Below, one piece after another: positions 18,165-27,629 of a stretch of DNA of 64,000 nt. This stretch comes from a bacterium (GTDB taxonomy: Bacteria > Oederibacteriota > PGYV01 > Palsa-1178). Under the pieces are notes generated by a model that was given only the letters and a program-made list of their open reading frames with translations, was not told the origin of the DNA and did not search any database. The translations under genes and the position numbers were made by a program. The stretch lies in contig JBAXIL010000001.1 of NCBI GenBank assembly GCA_037138355.1, positions 27,039-91,038 on the forward strand, written 5' to 3'. Every line of letters begins with the position of its first letter. The first letter of the stretch is position 1.

Positions 18165-18637
18165 AATAAAGCCTCCTTCGCGGCATACTCTTTAAGTTTG
18201 GCTATGCCACGGTTTATACGGGATTTAACTGTCCCTAAGTTTATATTCATTATCTTTGATATTTCTTTATATGAAAACCCGCCTATTTCTGCAAGAAGAA
18301 TCGGGGCTTTAAGCTCTGGACTCAATTTTTCAAGTAGGCTATCAAGCAGGGAAATGCTTGAATCGGTCTTTTTTTGTTCGGGTTGTTCTATCAGCTCTAA
18401 TTTGTTGCTATGTAGGTTCTGTGATCTTATATAGTCAATGGTTTTATTGACTGTCATTCTGTAAAGATAAGTCTTTATATCAGCATCTCCTCTAAAATAA
18501 TTGTAACCCTCAAATAATTTTATGAACACATTTTGCATAATATCCTCTGCTTCGTCACGACTCCTAAGCATTCCGAGCGCCACATTATATACATATTTGG
18601 AGTTTTCCTTGTATACTTTCTCAAACCTGTGGTCCAT
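18161..18637 (-). CDS. ECF RNA polymerase sigma factor
   Basis: EAEDIMQNVFIK, FRGDADIKTYLYRMTVN (region 2); FSYKEISKIMNINLGTVKSRINRG (region 4). Confidence 0.95.
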   Translation of the reverse strand: MDHRFEKVYKENSKYVYNVALGMLRSRDEAEDIMQNVFIKLFEGYNYFRGDADIKTYLYRMTVNKTIDYIRSQNLHSNKLELIEQPEQKKTDSSISLLDSLLEKLSPELKAPILLAEIGGFSYKEISKIMNINLGTVKSRINRGIAKLKEYAAKEALL

Positions 18638-18664
18638 AGCGCTCCTTTTTCTAATTACAACAAT

Positions 18665-18692
18665 TAGACGATTTGAAATGCTTATTTGTTCA
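18665..18692 (-). promoter_or_regulatory. ECF-type (probably autoregulatory) promoter
   Basis: Minus strand reads TGAACA-aataagcatttcaaat-CGTCTA (GAAC-N17-CGTC) just upstream of the sigma gene SD. Confidence 0.72.
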
Positions 18693-18713
18693 ATTAATTA
18701 TATCACATAAGAC

Positions 18714-18742
18714 TTGAGTTTAATTACAGTTAAAGGTAAAAT
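18714..18742 (+). promoter_or_regulatory. sigma70 promoter of the deacetylase gene
   Basis: TTGAGT, 17 bp, TAAAAT. Confidence 0.5.
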
Positions 18743-18802
18743 CATGTAAACGAAGATAATTTGGTTGTAAAGTTTGATAATTGAACAAAATGGAGAATTA
18801 TA

Positions 18803-19537
18803 TTGTCTCAAAATTACTCAATATATTGGCCTTTTGGAGCAAAAGCTGCTGTTTCATTGACATACGATGATGGTCTTGAGTCGCAGTTAAGTCAGGCTGT
18901 ACCTCAACTTGCTAAGTATGGGATAAAAGGAACTTTTTTCCCTTCAACTTGGGGACTGGCAAATCCCCAAAATACTAAGTTCTGGACCGACTTGGTAAAG
19001 GCAGGCCATGAAATAGGTTGTCATACACTTAATCATCCTTGTAGTAATTCTTTTGAATTTACAAAACGGGGTTATACTCTCCAAGAATATACATTGGATA
19101 GAATTAATGAAGAGATAGATGCAAATATACAGCTAATAAAAAGTTTCGGTTACAACAATAAGGAACTTGTTTTTGCTTATCCATGCGGTCAGACGGCGGT
19201 TGGGGCAAATCTTGATATAAGTTATAAGCCGATTATTGCGAATAAGTTTACTGCGGCAAGAGGCACAAAAAGAGGTTATGCTTTTCCTGATAAGCTACAG
19301 CTTAATGAAATTCCATGTTTTGGTGTTGAAGAGGACGGGGAGGGTCTTATAAATATTGCAAAAGAGGCAATTAGAACTAATACATGGGCTGTGATTTTGT
19401 TTCATGGTGTAGGTGGAGATTATATATCGGTAACAGCTCAGGCACATAAAGAATTACTTGAGTATTTAAAAGATAATAATGATATTTGGACAGCAAGGTT
19501 TGGAGATATAGCAAAATATATTATAAAACAACTATAG
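18803..19537 (+). CDS. Polysaccharide deacetylase (CE4/NodB family), no signal peptide
   Basis: AVSLTYDDG, GHEIGCHTLNHP, FAYPCG, ILFHGVG; TTG start after GGAG. Confidence 0.88.
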   Translation: MSQNYSIYWPFGAKAAVSLTYDDGLESQLSQAVPQLAKYGIKGTFFPSTWGLANPQNTKFWTDLVKAGHEIGCHTLNHPCSNSFEFTKRGYTLQEYTLDRINEEIDANIQLIKSFGYNNKELVFAYPCGQTAVGANLDISYKPIIANKFTAARGTKRGYAFPDKLQLNEIPCFGVEEDGEGLINIAKEAIRTNTWAVILFHGVGGDYISVTAQAHKELLEYLKDNNDIWTARFGDIAKYIIKQL

Positions 19538-19562
19538 CTGTGTTTAGTTTAAATCTCTTTTC

Positions 19563-19591
19563 TTGCGAAACCTCACATACTATGATATTAT
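19563..19591 (+). promoter_or_regulatory. sigma70 promoter of acpS, positioned for a leaderless transcript
   Basis: TTGCGA 19563-19568, 17 bp, TGn-TATTAT 19586-19591, then 7 nt to the ATG at 19599. Confidence 0.62.
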
Positions 19592-19598
19592 TACAATT

Positions 19599-19964
19599 AT
19601 GATAAAAGGAATAGGCGTAGATATTTGCGATATAAAAAGGCTAAAGACCGCGATTAAAAAAAATAAAAGGTTTTTAAAGCGCGTTTATAGCGATAGGGAA
19701 ATACAGTATTGCTCAGGTAAGAAAAATTCTATACTTAATTTTGCTGGCAGGTTTGCTGTTAAAGAGGCATTCATAAAAGCTGTCTCTACAGACAAGTCAA
19801 TTAGCCTAAATGAAATTGAGGTTGTGAATAATAATCATGGAAAACCTGAAATCGTTTTAAACCTTGCTATTAAAACGATATTAAAAAAGAAGAAAGCTAA
19901 AAACTTAAGCATCAGTATTTCTCATACACATAATGCCGCAGTTGCGGTATGTATATTAACTTAA
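19599..19964 (+). CDS. acpS: Holo-ACP synthase
   Basis: MIKGIGVDI, FAGRFAVKEAFIKA, GKP, SISISH. Confidence 0.96.
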   Translation: MIKGIGVDICDIKRLKTAIKKNKRFLKRVYSDREIQYCSGKKNSILNFAGRFAVKEAFIKAVSTDKSISLNEIEVVNNNHGKPEIVLNLAIKTILKKKKAKNLSISISHTHNAAVAVCILT

Positions 19965-19983
19965 TTCAATTTGGAGGGTATAT

Positions 19984-21540
19984 ATGTATTTAGTAAACTC
20001 ATCTGAAATGAAAGAAATAGATAGACTTACTGTAGAGAAGTATTCTCTTCCTGCCATAATACTCATGGAGAATGCTGGGATTAATGTTGTTGACGCATTA
20101 AGTAATGAACTTGGCAGACTTCTTTTTCGTCGTGTAAATGTATTTTGTGGAGGAGGAAATAATGGTGGTGATGGTTTCGTAGTTGCCAGACATTTGAAAA
20201 CAGAAGGTGCTTATGTAAAGGTTTTTTTTACTGGGGATTTGGCTTCATTAAAAGATGAATCAAAAATTAATTATAATGCTGCTTTGAAATATGGCGTTGA
20301 GATAATACATTTGAAATCTGCTGAGGACATAAGAAAACATGAAAGTAGTATTTTAGGTTGTGAGATCGTTATTGATGCACTTATCGGTACAGGATTAAAG
20401 CAAGATATAGCCGGCTTTATGGCTCAGTTAGTTGTTTATATAAATATGATGGGAAAATACACAGTCTCAGTTGATATTCCTTCAGGTGTTGATGCTGATA
20501 CTGGTGACATAAAGGGCATAGGCGTTTACGCCAACTTAACAATAACTTTTGGTCTCCCAAAGATAGGAATTGCTATATATCCAGGTCTTGAGTATGTAGG
20601 AAAACTTGTGGTCGCTGATATTAATATACCTTCGCAATTATTAGCTATCCCACGACAGAATGTTTTAATGACAAAAGAATTAGTTGTTCCTATGATGCCT
20701 TATAGACAGCCAAATGCTAATAAAGGAAACTTCGGCCCTTTACTAATTATTGGAGGGTCTCCTGGCATGACAGGCGCCGTAGTCCTTGCTGCCAAGGCTG
20801 CATTGAAGTCAGGTGCTGGTATAGTAACAGTGGCAGTGTCGCAGTCGCTTACTGCAAGTATTAAATCAAGAACTGACGAAGTTATTGTAGCAGCTGTGAA
20901 AGAAACTAAAGATGGTTTTATAAGCGAGGATGCATACGCTCATATAATGGAACTTGTAGGGCAGTCAAAAGTTGTTGTAATAGGTCCTGGAATGGGCAGG
21001 GATAAGGGAACGCAAGCACTTATTAGAAAATTAATAAATGATATAAAAAAACCATTAGTCATTGATGCGGATGCTTTGAATGCCATGGAAAATGATAAAA
21101 CATGCTTGAAAAACATTGACAAAGATGTTATATTAACTCCACATATAGGAGAAATGTCAAGACTGACAGGACTTAAGATTGAAGATATAATTAAGGATAA
21201 AATAGGAGTTTTGAGATCTTTTATAAGCACCTATAAGGTCAATGTTTTACTAAAAGATGGCAGATCTATGCTGGCGGATTCGGAAAAAAATATTTATATA
21301 AATACCACAGGCAACTCTGGTATGGCAACACCTGGAAGTGGAGATGTGTTATCAGGAATTATAGCAGCTTTTATGGCGCATAGTATGCTCTCTGCGCAGG
21401 CTGGAATTGTGGCTAATTATACACATGGTTTGGCAGGAGATATGCTTTTATCAGAAATTAGTGGTGAAGGAATTACAGCAGAAGATATAATTAATAATGT
21501 GCCAAAAGCAATTAAGGCACTTAAAAAACAGGAGGCTTAA
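19984..21540 (+). CDS. nnr: Bifunctional NAD(P)H-hydrate epimerase/dehydratase
   Basis: LMENAG, GGGNNGGDG, DALIGTG, VDIPSG (YjeF-N); GPGMG, VIDADAL, LTPHIGE, GMATPGSGDVLSG. Confidence 0.95.
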   Translation: MYLVNSSEMKEIDRLTVEKYSLPAIILMENAGINVVDALSNELGRLLFRRVNVFCGGGNNGGDGFVVARHLKTEGAYVKVFFTGDLASLKDESKINYNAALKYGVEIIHLKSAEDIRKHESSILGCEIVIDALIGTGLKQDIAGFMAQLVVYINMMGKYTVSVDIPSGVDADTGDIKGIGVYANLTITFGLPKIGIAIYPGLEYVGKLVVADINIPSQLLAIPRQNVLMTKELVVPMMPYRQPNANKGNFGPLLIIGGSPGMTGAVVLAAKAALKSGAGIVTVAVSQSLTASIKSRTDEVIVAAVKETKDGFISEDAYAHIMELVGQSKVVVIGPGMGRDKGTQALIRKLINDIKKPLVIDADALNAMENDKTCLKNIDKDVILTPHIGEMSRLTGLKIEDIIKDKIGVLRSFISTYKVNVLLKDGRSMLADSEKNIYINTTGNSGMATPGSGDVLSGIIAAFMAHSMLSAQAGIVANYTHGLAGDMLLSEISGEGITAEDIINNVPKAIKALKKQEA

Positions 21541-22005
21541 ATGATAACACCTATTTTTCTAATTCTGATTACACTTCTTTTCTTAATAATGTGGGGATGG
21601 ATTATTATGATATTTATAGATAATTATAAAATAAAAATGCAAATTGAGGCACTCGTCGAACATCCTTTGACCCTGGAACAGAAGGAAACCGTTGATAATC
21701 TTCAATTAGATCTTGATACAAATGCGTATAGAGCAAAAAATGTGAAAATCGTAGTTTTAGTTTTTGGATTCCTTTATTCGGTAGCAGCGGTAGCAATTGT
21801 TTGGCTAAATGCAAAGTATTCGTTTTTTACTTATGATGGGCTTGTAACAAATCTTAAACTTACTATGCTTATCATTGTATTATTTTTTACCCCTGGTTAC
21901 ATAGGGCTTGAAGTGATTAGTAATACTGAAGGAGCATCAGGGAACATATCATCAAGACTTAAATTCAGCGAGGAATTAAAAGCTGGAGAAGAAGTTGAAA
22001 TCTAA
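21541..22005 (+). CDS. Hypothetical membrane protein (3 predicted TM segments)
   Basis: Three hydrophobic stretches; GGAGG SD; starts immediately after the nnr stop. Confidence 0.7.
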   Translation: MITPIFLILITLLFLIMWGWIIMIFIDNYKIKMQIEALVEHPLTLEQKETVDNLQLDLDTNAYRAKNVKIVVLVFGFLYSVAAVAIVWLNAKYSFFTYDGLVTNLKLTMLIIVLFFTPGYIGLEVISNTEGASGNISSRLKFSEELKAGEEVEI

Positions 22006-22363
22006 AACCAAGTTTGTAAAATATTTAATTATTGTTTTTTTGTTGTCGAGTTGTGCTTCAATGCAGTTACCAAAAAATATTTTAGAATTTCAAATAACTC
22101 CTGAAACAGGCATAAAAGCAGGTACTATAGTAACAGTTAATATAAAAACCTCCGAAGATGTGACTCGCGTTTTGGGTTCATTGGATATGATGGGCTCTCC
22201 TCAAATACCCCTAAAATATGACGAGTCAAAAAAAGTTTGGTACTTAAGACGCATGATACCGATTGGCGTAATGATCCCATCAGGTGAGTATATTACAAAA
22301 GTCGAAGTTATCACTAAATCGGGCGAACATTATTACGCTGAAAAGAAAATAAAAATACAGTAA
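21995..22363 (+). CDS. Hypothetical lipoprotein, Ig-like beta-rich
   Basis: Lipobox VFLLSSC after a basic N-terminus; GEYITKVEV resembles an Ig-fold strand. Confidence 0.65.
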   Translation: MKSKTKFVKYLIIVFLLSSCASMQLPKNILEFQITPETGIKAGTIVTVNIKTSEDVTRVLGSLDMMGSPQIPLKYDESKKVWYLRRMIPIGVMIPSGEYITKVEVITKSGEHYYAEKKIKIQ

Positions 22364-22394
22364 AGCGCATACTTAACACAAAAGGAGATTTATA

Positions 22395-23228
22395 GTGGCA
22401 ATAAAGAATAAAAAGAAAAAAGTTGAAAAATTAGCTACGACTGATCAAACTGATGAAAGATCAATGTTATTGCCACCAAAGCATAAATCACGCAGAGTGG
22501 GTTTGATATATTCAATAATACTGGCTGTATTGGTTATTGTAGCGGCTTGTGTAATGATAGATTATTATACTGCTTGGGGTAATACTCCGAAGCTGATAAA
22601 GCGTATGCTCGTAGAGGCAGAAAAGAAAGCCATTTATAAACATTATGATGAAGCAGAAACAAAATATGAAATCATTATGGAAAGATTCAAAAACAATGTG
22701 AAATATATTGAAGAGTTAAAGCAGGCAAAATTATCATTGGCAAAAACATTAAAAGACGCTGAACAATATATAAAAGCTATTGTCTTGTATAAGGAACTTT
22801 CAATAGAATATAAAAAGTCTAATCCCGATATGTATGCTTGGCTACAGCTTGAACTTGCTGATTCCTATAATAGTATATTAAATACTGAAGAGGCGATAAG
22901 AGTTTATAAGCAAGTCGCAATAGATTATAAAGCTTCAGATTGGTCTGCTGAGGCACTTTTCGGCATTGCTGATGCTTATAAGTCTAAAAAAGATTATACA
23001 AGTGCACTTGAATATTATGATCTAATAATTAATAAATATGAAAAAGGTTTTTTAAGTGCTGAGGCCTTGACTAATAAAGGTCGTATATATGAAATACTTG
23101 GAAAAATTGATCTTGCGTATAAAGTTTATGAGAAGGTTGTGAGGGAATTCCCAGAAATTGTTACGGAATATGCAAGGGGTAGATACGACGCTCTCACAAT
23201 AAAAACAAAATCAAATGCGCGAATTTGA
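22395..23228 (+). CDS. Membrane-anchored tetratricopeptide-repeat protein
   Basis: Single TM helix, then repeated TPR motifs (AEALFGIADAY, AEALTNKGRIYE). Confidence 0.8.
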   Translation: MAIKNKKKKVEKLATTDQTDERSMLLPPKHKSRRVGLIYSIILAVLVIVAACVMIDYYTAWGNTPKLIKRMLVEAEKKAIYKHYDEAETKYEIIMERFKNNVKYIEELKQAKLSLAKTLKDAEQYIKAIVLYKELSIEYKKSNPDMYAWLQLELADSYNSILNTEEAIRVYKQVAIDYKASDWSAEALFGIADAYKSKKDYTSALEYYDLIINKYEKGFLSAEALTNKGRIYEILGKIDLAYKVYEKVVREFPEIVTEYARGRYDALTIKTKSNARI

Positions 23229-24198
23229 ATTCATAAACAGAATCAAAACAGCGACTAACAATTCGTATAATTCTATTATAAAGTCGATAGGCGACGATTG
23301 CGCGATACTTCATTATTCGAAATCCATGGATATGCTAATAACTACTGATACTATTTGTGAAGGGGTGCATTTTTCGAGTAAGTATTTTAAGGCAAATGAA
23401 ATCGGAGCACGCGCCTTTGCTGTAAGTGTTTCTGATATATGCGCTATGGGGGGCAACCCTTTATATGCACTTGTAAATATTGCTTTTCCAAAAAAAACAC
23501 CACAAAAGTATATTGATACAATATTTAAAGGATTGCTTGCTGAAGCAGCTAAGTATAAAACAGATATTATTGGTGGTGATACAATTTCTTCAGCCCAAAT
23601 AGTCATCACTGTTACTGTAATAGGAAAAGTTGAAAAAGGAAAAGCTTTATTGAGAAAGCATGCAAAACCTGGCGACACGCTATATGTCACAGGTACGCTG
23701 GGAGATTCTTTTGCTGGATTGCAAATATTATCTAAGAAAAAACGCTCTAAATTACTTCCCAACGAATTAATTCCCGTGAATAAACATATAGCGCCTCGAC
23801 CAAATTATTTAGAGGGGCGTTTATTACTTAAAAGTAACATGGTTAATGCCTGTATGGATGTTTCTGATGGGATAGCAAGTGATATAGCAAGAATATGCGA
23901 AGAAAGCAAAACTGGGGCAGAAATCAGGGTAGATAATTTACCCGTTTCATTATCTACACTTAAAACTGCCGAGCAATATCATGATAAAATAGTTGATTAT
24001 GCTCTTTATGGTGGTGAAGATTTTGTTTTAATGTTTACGGTAGCAGATAAGAATAAGAATAGAATCAAACAATATATGAATACCAATGGAAAAGCAATTT
24101 ATGAAATAGGCACAATTACTAAAAAAAAGGGTATAATACTAGTAAAAGCTGGGAATAAAATAAAGGAAACAGGGAAAAAAGTATGGAAGCATTTTTAA
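23215..24198 (+). CDS. thiL: Thiamine-monophosphate kinase
   Basis: MREFEFI, IGDDCA, EGVHF, SDICAMGG, IGGDT, MDVSDG, GGEDF. Confidence 0.96.
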   Translation: MREFEFINRIKTATNNSYNSIIKSIGDDCAILHYSKSMDMLITTDTICEGVHFSSKYFKANEIGARAFAVSVSDICAMGGNPLYALVNIAFPKKTPQKYIDTIFKGLLAEAAKYKTDIIGGDTISSAQIVITVTVIGKVEKGKALLRKHAKPGDTLYVTGTLGDSFAGLQILSKKKRSKLLPNELIPVNKHIAPRPNYLEGRLLLKSNMVNACMDVSDGIASDIARICEESKTGAEIRVDNLPVSLSTLKTAEQYHDKIVDYALYGGEDFVLMFTVADKNKNRIKQYMNTNGKAIYEIGTITKKKGIILVKAGNKIKETGKKVWKHF

Positions 24199-24662
24199 AA
24201 AAATATTTCAAAAAGGTTGAGAAAGTAGAATCTTTATCTGTTAAACAAACACAAGCGTGTGCTTTGCATTTTGCAAGTGGGATAAGTGCTGGTGATATAG
24301 TAGCACTTTCAGGCGATTTAGGTGCTGGCAAGACACATTTTGTTAAGGGAATAGGCAAGTTCTTTAAAATTAATGGTAAAATGATAGTTAGCCCAACATT
24401 TTCGCTCATTAAAACATATAAGAGTAAGGGAATGGTTATTAACCATTTTGATTTTTATCGACTTAAAGGCATAGATGAACTTGAGAAAATTGGATACAGA
24501 GATTCTATAGCAGAACTAAATACAATATCTTTAATAGAGTGGCCTGAAAAAGTTAAGGAAACTTGGAGAAATTTTACTTATGTAATTAATATTTTGCATA
24601 AGGGTTCTAATCGCAGAAGTATAACTATTTATAAAAAGAAGATTTTGAAAAAGTGTCAGTAA
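24183..24662 (+). CDS. tsaE: tRNA threonylcarbamoyladenosine biosynthesis ATPase TsaE
   Basis: LSGDLGAGKT, VSPTFS, HFDFYRL, LIEWPE. Confidence 0.95.
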   Translation: MEAFLKKYFKKVEKVESLSVKQTQACALHFASGISAGDIVALSGDLGAGKTHFVKGIGKFFKINGKMIVSPTFSLIKTYKSKGMVINHFDFYRLKGIDELEKIGYRDSIAELNTISLIEWPEKVKETWRNFTYVINILHKGSNRRSITIYKKKILKKCQ

Positions 24663-24733
24663 AGAGTTATGAAAAAAAATATTGTTGACGGTAATTAAAT
24701 CTATAAATATGTTGAAATTCTAAAAGGATGTTC

Positions 24734-25429
24734 ATGAATTTACTTGTGGTTGACACCAGTTCGAAAGAGATAGCAGTTGCTGTATTTAATGGCTCTAAAT
24801 GCCTTTATGAAAATTATATAACTGTTGATAAAAATTATAATAAAGTATTGATGCCTATATTGCAGAATGCAATAGATAAATCTGGTCTTATGCTAAATGA
24901 AATAGATTTATTTGCTTCAACTTTAGGTCCAGGTTCTTTTACTGGGATCAGAGTGGGGATGGCTGCCTTAAAAGGTCTGGCGCAGCCAGTTAGTAAAAAT
25001 TACTCAGGTGTAGTCGTTCTTGATATTTTAGCAAATTCAGCTGAAAGTCATGGCAGAGTTTGGGCTATACTCGATGCTGGCAGAGGAGAATTGTACGCTG
25101 CTGCTTATATATATAAAGATAAGATGCAAATGTTAAGTGGAAAGTATTTGTTGATTTCAAAAGAAAATTTTCAAAAGAAAATAAAAAAAGGTGATACAAT
25201 AGTTTCTCTAAAACGAGAGGCATTTATAGTAGAAATGGAAAGACCAATACTTAAAGTACAATTTGTACGACTTGAGCATATAGATATGAAGGTTTTTGCA
25301 AAGATGATGCTTCGTAAAGCAAAAACAATTAAAGCTTCAGATTTGTTTAATTCAGCGCCAGTATATATAAGACCATCAGAAGCAGAAGTAACTCTAAAAA
25401 GAAATAAGAAACAAAAACACACGAGGTGA
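24734..25429 (+). CDS. tsaB: tRNA threonylcarbamoyladenosine biosynthesis protein TsaB
   Basis: LVVDTS, GPGSFTGIRVG, DAGRGELY, PVYIRPSEAE; ATG 24734 after AAGGA. Confidence 0.95.
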   Translation: MNLLVVDTSSKEIAVAVFNGSKCLYENYITVDKNYNKVLMPILQNAIDKSGLMLNEIDLFASTLGPGSFTGIRVGMAALKGLAQPVSKNYSGVVVLDILANSAESHGRVWAILDAGRGELYAAAYIYKDKMQMLSGKYLLISKENFQKKIKKGDTIVSLKREAFIVEMERPILKVQFVRLEHIDMKVFAKMMLRKAKTIKASDLFNSAPVYIRPSEAEVTLKRNKKQKHTR

Positions 25430-25434
25430 GTACA

Positions 25435-26175
25435 ATGAAGAAAGTATTTGTGTTATTCGTTTTTATCTGTCTTTTGACATGTGGAAATATATTTGCAGCT
25501 AATGCACAAGACGATGATGAAACCCCACGGGAGTTTGTAGTTAAAGGTATTGCTGGTGGTGTGAGTGGGGCTGTAGAAACGAAAGATAATATCATTGGTG
25601 AATCAGTAAAACAAAAAATAATTCAAACTGGCTTTTTGGAAAAAGTCAGTGGTGATAAATGCCTACTTCGCAAGGCGCAGTCAAAAGTGGAGTTTTATCT
25701 ATCAGATAAAATAAACATATTTAATAAAAATGATGGAAGCTTGAGTGATCTAACCGACAGATCATATATTGACATCCGTGGTCCTAAAAATAAAAAGGCG
25801 GCTTTGGCCAATACTATATATATATATCAAAATAAAAAAATGTTTGATGAAATGACAGATAGTGAAACATCTATATCAAAGAACTCATTTCAGTCACCTT
25901 TGGCAGGCACAATAATCAGAAATAATGTAATGGTTTCAAATAGTGATAATGTTAGTGGTACAGCTCAGATAGCTTTCACTGTCAGAACGGATGATGGACT
26001 TGATTATCAGATATTATTTGATGAAGATACTATATGGGTTAATAATACTGTGGTAACAAGAAGAGATTTAACCGTAGGAGATCGTTTAAAATTATTTTTT
26101 GATAAACGATTAAGCATAAGATACAATAATTATCCAATAAAAATAATTATAGACAAAACAAAAAAGAATATTTGA
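25435..26175 (+). CDS. Secreted hypothetical protein with DUF5666-like beta repeats
   Basis: Signal peptide (ANA|Q); two repeats (SLSDLTDRSYIDIRG; TRRDLTVGDRLKLFF); ATG after GAGGTG. Confidence 0.6.
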   Translation: MKKVFVLFVFICLLTCGNIFAANAQDDDETPREFVVKGIAGGVSGAVETKDNIIGESVKQKIIQTGFLEKVSGDKCLLRKAQSKVEFYLSDKINIFNKNDGSLSDLTDRSYIDIRGPKNKKAALANTIYIYQNKKMFDEMTDSETSISKNSFQSPLAGTIIRNNVMVSNSDNVSGTAQIAFTVRTDDGLDYQILFDEDTIWVNNTVVTRRDLTVGDRLKLFFDKRLSIRYNNYPIKIIIDKTKKNI

Positions 26176-27629
26176 AATATATCTTGAAAAAAAAATTCAT
26201 TCTTGCTGTATTTCTGGTGCTATTTATTATGGCTACTGTTTCTTCTTGTTCCAGAAGAAGGGTCATTCCTACGGAAGTAATTTGGAACACGACAATTACA
26301 CAGACAAGTACCCATGTGAGCACATCAGTATTGACATACACAGCGACCCCGACTATAAGTGCGACACCTTTAGTTATATCTACGGTCACATTGTCCTCGA
26401 CCAGTACCAGAGTGATTACATTCACATCGACAAGCACAGCAACCCAAACAAGTAGCGCTACCCCTGTATTCATACACCCAGGTGCGTGGTCCTCTGTTTC
26501 GGAGTTGAGCTTCGTTAAAACGCAAATTTCGGCAAATGCTCAGCCATGGAAGCAGCAGTTGAATAATCTTTTGTGGCAGACAGGTGGTGCTACTTCTGGA
26601 ATAAATTTTAATGGCATAACTCAGGATTCGTGCACGCAGGAAACCGCTGTCAAAACCGATTCTACGCTATGTTACGCCAACGCCCTTTCCTGGTATCTTA
26701 CAGGTACCATGTCTTATTACACGACGGCAATGGCCATACTCTCTAATTATGCAAACATACAAGGCTTCCAGTCTTCGGCTTGTTATTATGGACAGCAAAA
26801 TCTGAATGCTGGGTGGTTTGGAGTACTTTTTGCTAACGCTTGCGAGCTATTGAGGACGAGTCCGAACTGGACTGCAGCGAATACGCAAACATATGTGAAT
26901 ATGTTCAAAACAGCATTTTATCCATCGTTAAACACTATGAACATAGATAATGGAAATATAGATTTAACACAGATTGATGCCATGATGTCAATGGCAGTAT
27001 TTTGTGATGATAAAGAGGAGTGGAACTTAGCTGTTTCCAGATACCAGGCAAGAATCCCTGCATATATTTATGATTCCACTTGGCCTACGGTTAATAACTC
27101 CACCAATCCTGATACTGGGGCTAATCAGCCGCCGAAACTTGGTAAATGGGATACAAATAATGCTGGATGTGTTACAGGTTTTCCTATGAATTTTTGGTAC
27201 TGTCCGCTCAAATGGATTGCGGGATTGTGTCAGGAAACCTGTCGTGACAATGGACACCATATACAGTTTGCATTGGACGCGGCAGTGGAATGTGCCGAGA
27301 TAGATTATCATCAGGGAAGTTTGAATAATTTTTATGCGACCTATCAGACATCGCTTGTGCCAGCTCTGGAACTGCTCGCGCAACAGTTTTATACAAACAG
27401 TTCGTGTGGTGTTTGCAGCGGCGCATGGGATCCGCAGAATCAAGTTCTTGACACTTTTGAAATAGGTTTTAACCATTACGCCAATCGTCGAGGAATGGCG
27501 TCAACGGCTCCTGGGGACCCTTTGTATTACACAAAACAGTGGATAACTTCGCTCAGAGCCAACAATAACACTACCTGGCTCCAGTTCAACATAGCCTGTG
27601 AAACACTGACACACGCTGGAGTGAACTGA
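26172..27629 (+). CDS. Alginate-lyase-family (alpha/alpha toroid) lipoprotein with a Thr/Ser-rich stalk
   Basis: Lipobox VSSC, Thr-rich linker, FIHPG...QPW, NGNIDL, GLCQETCRDNGHH, EIGFNHYANR motifs. Confidence 0.75.
   Translation: MKYILKKKFILAVFLVLFIMATVSSCSRRRVIPTEVIWNTTITQTSTHVSTSVLTYTATPTISATPLVISTVTLSSTSTRVITFTSTSTATQTSSATPVFIHPGAWSSVSELSFVKTQISANAQPWKQQLNNLLWQTGGATSGINFNGITQDSCTQETAVKTDSTLCYANALSWYLTGTMSYYTTAMAILSNYANIQGFQSSACYYGQQNLNAGWFGVLFANACELLRTSPNWTAANTQTYVNMFKTAFYPSLNTMNIDNGNIDLTQIDAMMSMAVFCDDKEEWNLAVSRYQARIPAYIYDSTWPTVNNSTNPDTGANQPPKLGKWDTNNAGCVTGFPMNFWYCPLKWIAGLCQETCRDNGHHIQFALDAAVECAEIDYHQGSLNNFYATYQTSLVPALELLAQQFYTNSSCGVCSGAWDPQNQVLDTFEIGFNHYANRRGMASTAPGDPLYYTKQWITSLRANNNTTWLQFNIACETLTHAGVN

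Noticed and set aside
26280..26470. Thr/Ser-rich stretch as a tandem DNA repeat or CRISPR-like array
   Set aside because: No nucleotide periodicity; it is a low-complexity protein linker.
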